Below, piece after piece: positions 1 through 7,353 of a stretch of 27,612 nt of DNA. The stretch's first letter is position 1. Every line of letters starts with the position of its first letter. Both the position numbers and the translations under genes were made by a program. The notes beneath the pieces were generated by a model that saw nothing but the letters and a program-made list of their open reading frames with translations, was not told the DNA's origin and did not search any database. The stretch is taken from the NCBI GenBank assembly GCA_002269645.1, contig NIVC01005056.1, positions 1 through 27,612 of the forward strand, given 5' to 3'. This DNA is from Macrostomum lignano. Taxonomy: Eukaryota.

Positions 1-2
1 AT

Positions 3-539
3 GCATGTCGTTACTGCCTGCGACGCTTGCGTTCGCCCTACATCGCTGCTCTGACTGCCGCTTGCCGTCTCACCCGGCTCTGCAGCAGCAGCACAGCAGC
101 AGAAGCGCAGGATTGTTCGCCTATGCGTTCGCTGCTTCGCCAGCGGAGCCGAGGCTGGCAAGCACTCGCGTCGTCATGACTACCGATTAGAGACAGTGCG
201 CGACTGGGAGAAGCAAGCGATTTTCCATCCGGCCACTGACGCCGCCGCCGCTCATTGGTCCTTCGATGAGGAGACCCGCCTGCTGGATTCTATCGACGTT
301 TATGGCGTCGGCAATTGGAGCGACGTTGCGTCGAAAGTTGATGGTAGAACTAGCGATCAGTGCATTGAGCACTACTCTAAGTATTATATGCGCGGTGTTA
401 TCGGGGCCAAGACTTTTTTGCCTGTTGCTGCCTCCGCAGCCACTACAGTTGCTGAGGAAAAGCCGCTGGAGATACCGCTGGGTCAAGTTGAAGACTTGAC
501 AGCTGCGCCTGGGCGCCTCTGTCACCGTCACTGTTTCAG
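3..539 (+). CDS. TADA2B: TADA2B/Ada2b-like, exon 1 (5'-truncated; ZZ zinc finger + SANT domain; three apparent 1-nt deletions)
   Basis: Frame 3 gives ACRYCLRRLRSPYI (3-44) and frame 2 gives RCSDC (44-58). Frame 1 gives LCVRCFASGAEAGKHSRRHDYRL (121-189), then SANT WSFDEETRLLDSIDVYGVGNWSDVASKVDGRTSDQCIEHYSKYYMRGVIG. Frame 3 gives APLSPSLFQ (513-539), matching the PLSPSL segment recalled for TADA2B. The exon ends at donor CAG|GTACTT (540). The start codon is upstream of the window. Confidence 0.88.
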
Positions 540-1521
540 GTACTTTTGCTTGAGACCCTAATTAATTAGTTACTGCTGCACTGATCCCATTTCAACCCGT
601 ACCCCACTAATTTGCCCCACACTTATCAATTAATCCCATACCCTATAAATCCCATATTCACTGAGTGATCCATCCCATACACCTATCAATCAAACATTGA
701 TCATCCCATACCATCATAAATTCCACACTGCTGTTCATCCCATAATTGATAAATCCCACACTGAGCATCCCATACCCCATAAATCCCACACTGATCATCC
801 CAAACCCCATAAATCCCACACTGATTATCCCATACTCCATAAATACCACACTGATCATCCCATACCCCATAAATACCACACCGATCACCCCATACCCCAT
901 AAATACCACACCGATCATCCCATACCCCATAAATACCACACTGATCATCCCATACCCCATAAATACCACACCGATCATCCCATACCCCATAAATACCACA
1001 CTGAGCATCCCATACCCATAAATACCACACTGATCATCCCGTACCCCATAAATACCACACCGATCATCCCGTACCCCATAAATACCACACCGATCATCCC
1101 ATACCCCATAAATACCACACCGATCATCCCATACCTCATAAATCCCACACTGATCAATGTGATCATCCCATACCCCATAAATCCCACACTGAGCATCCCA
1201 TACTCCATAAATACCACACTGAGCATCCCATACCCCATAAATCCCACACTGAGCATCCCATACTCCATAAATCCCACACTGATAATCCCATACCCCATAA
1301 ATCCCACACTGATAATCCCATACCCATAAATCCCACACTGATAATCCCATACCCATAAATACCACACTGATCATCCCATACCTCATAAATCCCACACTGA
1401 CCAATGTGATCATCCCATACCCATAAATCCCACACTGAGCATCCCATACTCCATAAATCCCACACTGAGCATCCCATACTCCATAAATCCCACACTGAGC
1501 ATCCCATAACCCATCTCACAG
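540..1521 (+). other. Intron 1 of TADA2B-like gene (982 nt, phase 0)
   Basis: GT at 540-541 and CTCACAG at 1515-1521. Splicing joins PLSPSLFQ to ALPPADLTQEEAQLLGFMPLRGDF, colinear with TADA2B PLSPSLTTPLPPLDISVAEQQQLGYMPLRDDY as recalled. Confidence 0.85.
583..1512. repeat. 30-bp (29-30) minisatellite, consensus ATAAAT(A/C)CCACACTGATCATCCCATACCCC
   Basis: Tandem units are directly visible, degenerate at the 5' end and regular from about 750 to 1512. An 8-nt insertion variant (TGA(T/C)CAATGTGATC) occurs twice, near 1151 and near 1398. Confidence 0.95.
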
Positions 1522-2032
1522 GCCCTGCCGCCGGCCGACCTGACTCAGGAGGAGGCCCAGCTGCTCGGCTTTATGCCTCTGCGAGGCGATTTCGAACGCG
1601 ACTATGACAATGAAGCTGAAAGCCTGCTGTGCCAGCTGCAGCCCAGCTTCGAGCAGGACGAGCTCGACAACGCGCTGCGCGTAGCCCAAATCGACATGTA
1701 CACCGGCCGGCTGCAGGAGCGACAGCGTCGGAAACTGATTGCTGCTAGGCACGGCCTGCTGCACCAGGCTATGCGCTGCATCCTGGCCAGGGGGGTCGGC
1801 GGCCGCCCGCCCGCCTCAGCCCCGTCTGTTGGCCCCAGCCCGGGGCCTCGGAGGCGGCACGCCGTCAACTACAATGCGTTAGACGTTGACGATCGATTGA
1901 AGCCATTCCTGCGGTATCTCGGGTCAGCCGAGGCCAGGCAGTTCTTGGCCGGCGTGGAACGGGAGGAACGGCTTAAATGGGAGATTAGTCAGCTGTTGAG
2001 ACTGCGGACTGCCGGGGCGAAACGCCTGCCGG
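1522..2032 (+). CDS. TADA2B: TADA2B/Ada2b-like, exon 2 (ADA boxes, Gcn5/Ada3-binding core)
   Basis: Frame 1 reads LLGFMPLRGDFERDYDNEAESLL...LRVAQIDMYTGRLQERQRRKLIA...RLKPFLRYL...EREERLKWEISQLLRLRTAG, the hallmark ADA2 motifs (GYMPxRxDF/YxxEYDNxAE; ERxRRK; L+xxIxxLxxxRxxG). It is bounded by CAG| at 1521 and donor |GTGAGT at 2033. Confidence 0.93.
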
Positions 2033-2649
2033 GTGAGTTACCGCGTCAGTTGGCGCCATTGGCTTCCCTGTCAGTTGGCGCCATTGGCTTCCCTGTCAGT
2101 TGGCGCCATTGGCTTCCCTGTCAGTTGGCGCCATTGGCTTCCCTGTCAGTTGGCGCCATTGGCTTCCCTGTCAGTTGGCGCCATTGGCTTCCTTGTCAGT
2201 TGGCGCCATTTGCTTCCTTGTCAGTTGGCGCCATTCTCTCCCGTGTCAATTGGCGCCATTGGCTTCCCAGTCAGTTGGCGTCATTGGCTTCCTTGTCAGT
2301 TGGCGCCTTTCTCTAGTGTCAGTTGCCGCCCTTCTCTTCCGTATCATGTGGCGCCATTCTCTCTCTTGTCAGCCGGCGCCATTCTCTCTCTTGTCAGCTG
2401 GCGCCATTCTTTCCTGTACCAGTTGGCGCCATTCTTTCCCGTATCAATTGGCGCCATTTTGTCTCGTGTCAGTTGGCGCCATTGGCTTCCCAGTGGTTTT
2501 CGTTATTTTTTTATTAGCGCTGCTTTCTGAAATTCCGGTTTTTGAGCAGCATAAAAAATCCAATTACAATTTTCATCTAATAAGCGTGTTTTATTACTTA
2601 CAACAACCCCCATTCAGTAGCATTATAAGTTAATCGATTTTTTCCGCAG
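2033..2649 (+). other. Intron 2 of TADA2B-like gene (617 nt, phase 1)
   Basis: Donor GTGAGT at 2033 and acceptor TTTTTTCCGCAG ending at 2649. Composition switches sharply from AT-rich to GC-rich at the acceptor. Confidence 0.8.
2046..2494. repeat. 25-bp minisatellite, consensus TCAGTTGGCGCCATTGGCTTCCCTG, about 18 copies
   Basis: Units start at 2046, 2071, 2096 and onward. The first copies are identical and later ones diverge (ATTCTCTC variants), while the GGCGCC core is kept in most units. Confidence 0.95.
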
Positions 2650-3030
2650 TCGATTTCTTCCCGCCGGCCAGCGCACTCGCTGCCACTAATGGCGGTGGCG
2701 GCCGTGGCCGAGGCCGGCCCCCCGCCTCCGCTACGCTGTCCTCGAGCTCGTCTCGGCTGCCGTATTCTCAGCAGCATGAGCGGCATCAATTAGTTCGGTG
2801 CCATCGCTGGTTCCTGCCAGTGTCAGTCTGCTCAGTATGGCAGCAGCATCATCTGCATCGGCGAAGGGACGGCGGCAGCTCGCAGGATGGCGTTGATGGT
2901 CATCAGCATCGGCTGCAGCTGCGTGAGCATCAGCATCAGCAGCAGCGACTGCATCGTCGGGGCGGACGTCGGCAGCAAGATCATCAGGTGTCTGACCAGC
3001 TTGTATCACCCGAGCTCGATCGAACTAATG
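2650..3030 (+). CDS. TADA2B: TADA2B/Ada2b-like, putative exon 3 (low-complexity G/R/S/Q/H-rich, no recognisable domain)
   Basis: Frame 3 is open from 2652 to 3030 (DFFPPASALAATNGGGGRGRGRPPASAT...HQHQQQRLHRR...ELDRTN). It is GC-rich, flanked by a good acceptor and by donor |GTGAGC at 3031, and phase 1 at both ends, compatible with exons 2 and 4. There is no homology support. Confidence 0.6.
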
Positions 3031-3908
3031 GTGAGCTTCTGGAATGGGTGTCCATGATGCTGGAATAGGTGTCCATGATGCTGGAATAGGTGTCCATGAT
3101 GATGGAATAGGTGTCCATGATGATGGAATAGGTGTCCATGATGATGGAATGGGTGTCCATGATGCTGGAATAGGTGTCCATGATGCTGGAATAGGTGTCG
3201 ATAATGCTGGAATAGGTGTCCATGATGATGGAATAGGTGTCCATGATGCTGGAATAGGTGTCGATAATGCTGGAATAGGTGTCCATGATGATGGAATAGG
3301 TGTCCATGATGATGGAATAGGTGTCGATAATGCTGGAATAGGTGTCCATGATGCTGGAATAGGTGTCGATAATGCTGGAATAGGTGTCCATGATGATGGA
3401 ATAGGTGTCCATGATGATGGAATGGGTGTCCATGATGCTGGAATAGGTGTCGATAATGCTGGAATAGGTGTCCATGATGATGGAATAGGTGTCCATGATG
3501 CTGGAATAGGTGTCGATAATGCTGGAATAGGTGTCCATGATGATGGAATAGGTGTCCATGATGATGGAATGGGTGTCCATGATGCTGGAATAGGTGTCGA
3601 TAATGCTGGAATAGGTGTCCATGATGATGGAATAGGTGTCCATGATGCTGGAATGGGTGTCCATGATGCTGGAATAGGTGTCCATGATGATGGAATAGGT
3701 GTCCATGATGCTGGAATAGGTGTCCATGATGCTGGAATGGGTGTCCATGATGCTGGAATAGGTGTCCATGATGCTGGAATGGGTGTCCATGATGCTGGAA
3801 TAGGTGTCCATGATGCTGGAATAGGTGTCCATGATGCTGGAATAGGTGTCCATGATGCTGGAATAAGAATCGTATGTCCATTTAAAATCAGCTGGGTTAC
3901 ATTTCCAG
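3031..3908 (+). other. Intron 3 of TADA2B-like gene (878 nt, phase 1)
   Basis: Donor GTGAGC at 3031 and acceptor ATTTCCAG ending at 3908. Phase matches the terminal reading frame. Confidence 0.65.
3041..3865. repeat. 21-bp minisatellite, consensus GGAATAGGTGTCCATGATGCT, about 39 copies, no indels
   Basis: Directly visible, with a few substitution variants (ATAGG/ATGGG, CCATGAT/CGATAAT, GCT/GAT). The 147-bp block 3350-3496 is repeated exactly at 3497-3643. Confidence 0.97.
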
Positions 3909-4144
3909 GCTTAACAATCAAGGTAACGCGGCGCAACGGGCACTGCCTGAACGGGTTCGGCTCCTATCGGGTGTCCCCAGTCAAGCTGTCCGCCCTTCGT
4001 CGGGGCTTCGCTTCCGATTCTGCTTCCGCGAGCGCGGCCGCTGGTGCAGCTTCCGGTGGCGCGTCGGCGCCCGCGGCGCCTAAGCGTCGGCACCGTCACA
4101 AGACCCGGTTCGCGCACAAGAAGTCGCGCACAAGTAGGTCTTGA
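3909..4144 (+). CDS. TADA2B: TADA2B/Ada2b-like, putative terminal exon 4 (Ala/Ser-rich, then basic NLS-like tail)
   Basis: Frame 2 reads (G)LTIKVTRRNGHCLNGFGSYRVSPVKLSALRRGFASDSASASAAAGAASGGASAPAAPKRRHRHKTRFAHKKSRTSRS, with stop TGA at 4142-4144. It is GC-rich like the other exons and phase-compatible with exon 3. Confidence 0.6.
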
Positions 4145-4236
4145 ATTCTGGCCGAGTTAAAATTGCAATGATTTGTTTAACTGCATTGTCCTTTTTTGAT
4201 ATCTCTGTGTCTGTCTCTTGCAGACTTGTTGCTCTG

Positions 4237-4950
4237 TTTTCTATTTCTCCCCATCTATCTTTCTATTTCTCTCTCCATCTATCTTTATATTTCTCTCCCC
4301 ATCTATCTTTATATTTCTCTCCCCATCTATCTTTATATTTCTCTCCCCATCTATCTTTCTATTTCTCTCCCTATCTATCTTTCTATTTCTCCTCCATCTA
4401 TCACTCTATTTTTCCCCATCTATCTTTCTATTTCTCTCCCCACCTATTTTTCTATTTCTCCCCATCTATCTTTCTATTTCTCTCCCCATCTATTTTTATA
4501 TTTCTCTCCCCATCTGTCTTTCTATTTCTCCCCCATCTGTCTTTCTATTTCTCCCCATCTGTCTTTCTATTTCTCCCCCCCCATATGTCATTCTATTTCT
4601 CCCCCAATCTTTCTTTCTATTTCTCCCCCATCTGTCATTCTATTTCTCCCCCCATCTGTCTTTCTATTTCTCCCCCATCTGTCTTTCTATTTCTCCCCCA
4701 TCTGTCATTCTATTTCTCCCCCATCTGTCATCATATTTCTCCCCCCATCTGTCTTTCTATTTCTCCCCCATCTGTCATTCTATTTCTCCCCCCATCTGTC
4801 TTTCTATTTCTCCCCCATCTGTCTTTCTATTTCTCCCCCATCTGTCATTCTATTTCTCCCCCCATCTGTCATCCTTTTTCTCCCCCCATCTGTCTTTCTA
4901 TTTCTCCCCCATCTGTCATTCTATTTCTCCCCCGTCTATCTTTCTTTTTC
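4237..4950. repeat. About 24-bp polypyrimidine minisatellite, consensus CCCCATCT(A/G)TC(T/A)TTCTATTTCT with variable C run, about 30 copies
   Basis: CATCT recurs at 4252, 4276, 4300, 4324 and onward. The + strand is strongly pyrimidine-rich. Confidence 0.95.
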
Positions 4951-5497
4951 CTATGGTTTCTGCTTCTATTTCTTAATCTCATGTTTCAGTAGTTTAAAAT
5001 CCTTTAATAATAATTTAAAAGTTTAAAATCCCTTTTTACATATGTTTCCAGTGTCCCTTACTGATTTGCCAGTTTAGTTAATAAAAAATAATGGCATGTT
5101 CCATGCTAGCTGCTCAATAGGTCTAACTTTAGTAGTATTCAACGAAAACATGCTAGTGGTATATGAATTATTAATAAATAGCTATTTAATTACTTTGACA
5201 TGCTAGCTTAATACTCCTAGATCGTTGAATACGTTTTAGAAAGTATTATTATAGTTCACTACTACTTGCTTGCCTGTCCAAGTAGTCAGAGGGAATTTTT
5301 GTTACTTTAGTGCAGCCTTGTTTGTTATATTTGTTGTTAATGAAAATGTACTATATGTGTACATTACCGTGGCATTAATATATTGCTGTATTACTTGTCA
5401 AAACTTTTGTACCTGTGTACACTTGTGACTTGCATTATTTTTCATCTAATATTATCATTAGAAATAATTGTTAATTAATATTTGAGGCATTTTTTGT

Positions 5498-5507
5498 AAT
5501 AAATAAA
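5498..5507 (+). promoter_or_regulatory. Candidate polyadenylation signal (overlapping AATAAA pair) for the TADA2B-like gene
   Basis: AATAAATAAA at 5498-5507 in AT-rich sequence downstream of the stop, with another AATAAA at 5080-5085. Such hexamers are common by chance here. Confidence 0.3.
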
Positions 5508-5736
5508 CTCTTCAAACGGAGATCTGTTCCATCTGGACGGAGGTTAATTGTTGTCCTCTGAGCTTGCTGTCCACAAGTCTGTATAGTTTATCAGCCCATG
5601 CTACTGTTTGCTACAATTAATTAAATTGCATACGGACGCTTCTAATATAACAAAACAAAAAAATATAGTTTTTTTACTTTTATTATTTGTTTATCTTGCA
5701 ATCGGGAAATTCAAAACACAGTCGGAATTTATTTTT

Positions 5737-6184
5737 GGTCACTCAGCAGACAGTGTGGGCTAATTAATGTGTCAGATTGGTCACTCAGCAGACAGTGTTT
5801 GCTAATTAATGTGTCAGATTGGTCACTCAGCAGACAGTTTGGGCTAATTAATGTGTCAGATTGGTCACTCAGCAGACAGTTTGGGCTAATTAATGTGTCA
5901 GATTGGTCACTCAGCAGACACAGTGTGGGCTAATTAATGTGTCAGATTGGTCACTCAGCAGACTGATAGTGTGTGCTAATTAATGTGTCTGATTGGTCAC
6001 TCAGCAGACTAATTGTGTGTGTGCTAATTAATGTGTCTGATTGGTCACTCAGCAGACTGATTGTTTGTGCTATACACCATTTGCTGTCACTCAGCAGACT
6101 GATTGTTTGTGCTATACACCATTTGCTGTCACTCAGCAGACTGATTGTTTGTGCTATACACCATTTGCTGTCACTCAGCAGACT
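5737..6184. repeat. 42-48-bp compound minisatellite, 11 copies of invariant core GTCACTCAGCAGAC with two flank types
   Basis: Units start at 5737, 5779, 5821, 5863, 5905, 5949, 5995, 6043, 6085, 6127 and 6169. The flank changes from AGTGTGGGCTAATTAATGTGTCAGATTG to TGATTGTTTGTGCTATACACCATTTGCT. Confidence 0.95.
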
Positions 6185-7353
6185 GGTCTTACACACTAAA
6201 GTATGGCAGAGACGGTATCTCATTCAGTAATAAAGAGCAGCAGGAATGCCAGCTAGGCGTCACTCTTATCTAGCTACTAATTTCGCCGCTTGCTGTTTGA
6301 GTAAATTGAAAAAGGTCTACGCCGATTCAAAGAATTCTGTGGCAAATAAAGCACGGAGCTAGTTGGAAGTAGAAAGTGCCGCAATGGTTGGATCAGCTAT
6401 GCCTACGATGTGTACTCGTAGCAAACGCCTCTGCAATTCTGGAGCGTAAAGGGCGTCGTTGCATGGCAGCGCTAAAGCAGTACACCATGGTGCAACCTGA
6501 ATCGCGACTATACACAGTCGACTGTTTTGCATCGGCACTCTTGCGCTCCAGAATTTCTAAGAAATGAAAGATTAATTCCAACTATAGATAGTGCCAGTAC
6601 TGTACGTAGCTGTGTCAGCTTGTTTTTTTCAGTACTTACGCTTATCTTTACAGTCATACAGTTGCTAAAAACCTACATATTTGCGACTCACTCAACGTCT
6701 CATCTCTAAGACCTTGTGGGTAGCGTATTTTGTTAGTTGGCAAAAACTATGTAAATGAAGCACCGATGCATGTCTCACATTTTTAGTGGGCTTTAACTTT
6801 GAGAGGTTGATCAATATTAGGACATGTATAAGATAACGTTCGATGTTGCTTGTTCTTTCACATGTAATCTGATAAATAATCAACTTGTTTGCGAGATAGT
6901 CGTTTCACTTTGCGTCTCTTGTATGTTCGCCATTCTTACCAGAATTTGAACGCACTCCGCTAGCTAACAACTTAAGCGATTTCAACCATATGCGATTAAA
7001 TTTTTGTAAAAACCAGCTGGTGAAAAAAGCAGACTTGATAAATTCTGCTCAGGATGCAGCAATAAAAGAAATATACCGCCTGCGGGGCAACGCAAATCTT
7101 GACTCACGAAGTTTTTAGTTAGCACAAAAACTACGCAGTCAGCAAAAGGCAAGAAGGGTACAAAGACTCAAAACACGAGTTGATACCCCGGTCAACGCCA
7201 CGCCGAAAGATAAGCCGCGACTTCTTAATGACGAATTCACAAAATGGGCAGGCCAAAATTAAACAGGACCTCAGCACTAAAATTCTGAACTGAAAAAGTC
7301 TTTCTGAACAGCACTGCAACCTGAATGCAAAGGCAGAGATCACAACCGAGAGA

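Noticed and set aside
658-1519. Multiple ORFs in the 30-bp array (HPIPHKYHTD, CGIYGVWDDQ, VVFMGYGMI repeats)
   Set aside because: They are by-products of a 3n-length minisatellite inside a well-supported GT-AG intron, and they switch frame at 29-bp units.
2033-2633. Read-through of the 1573 ORF and other ORFs into SWRHWLPCQLAPLASLSVGAIGFPV repeats
   Set aside because: ADA2 similarity stops at the GTGAGT donor (2033). The peptide is just three 25-bp units cycling through frames.
2984-3936. His-rich (GHLFQHH), MDTYSSI, WTPIPAS and GIGVHDA repeat ORFs of about 290-370 aa
   Set aside because: Four frames are open simply because the unit is 21 bp and lacks stops. There is no unique N-terminal context and the array lies in phase-consistent intron 3.
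4141-5026. Phe/Leu/Ser/Pro-rich ORFs in all three + frames
   Set aside because: Purine-poor sequence rarely contains stops, and three simultaneous open frames indicate non-coding repeat.
5135-5232. 11-bp inverted repeat (GTATTCAACGA/TCGTTGAATAC) around a 14-bp AT-rich palindrome, plus three CATGCTAG copies
   Set aside because: About what chance gives in a few kb of AT-rich DNA. The interior does not pair continuously and there is no target-site duplication.
5737-6184. CRISPR-like appearance (constant core with intervening sequences)
   Set aside because: The spacers are themselves repeated, the core is only 14 bp, there are no cas genes, and the context is eukaryotic with introns.
6435-6555. 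12-bp inverted repeat AATTCTGGAGCG/CGCTCCAGAATT as possible MITE ends
   Set aside because: No target-site duplication and no second copy in the window. It is partly explained by the recurring AATTCTG motif and would need a genome-wide copy search.
6682-6702. CDSLNVS, resembling the SWIRM segment CSSLNLS of TADA2B, downstream of acceptor-like TTTTTTTCAG (6632)
   Set aside because: The flanking SWIRM motifs are absent and the frame stops at 6721. A 7-residue match is not enough to call an alternative exon.
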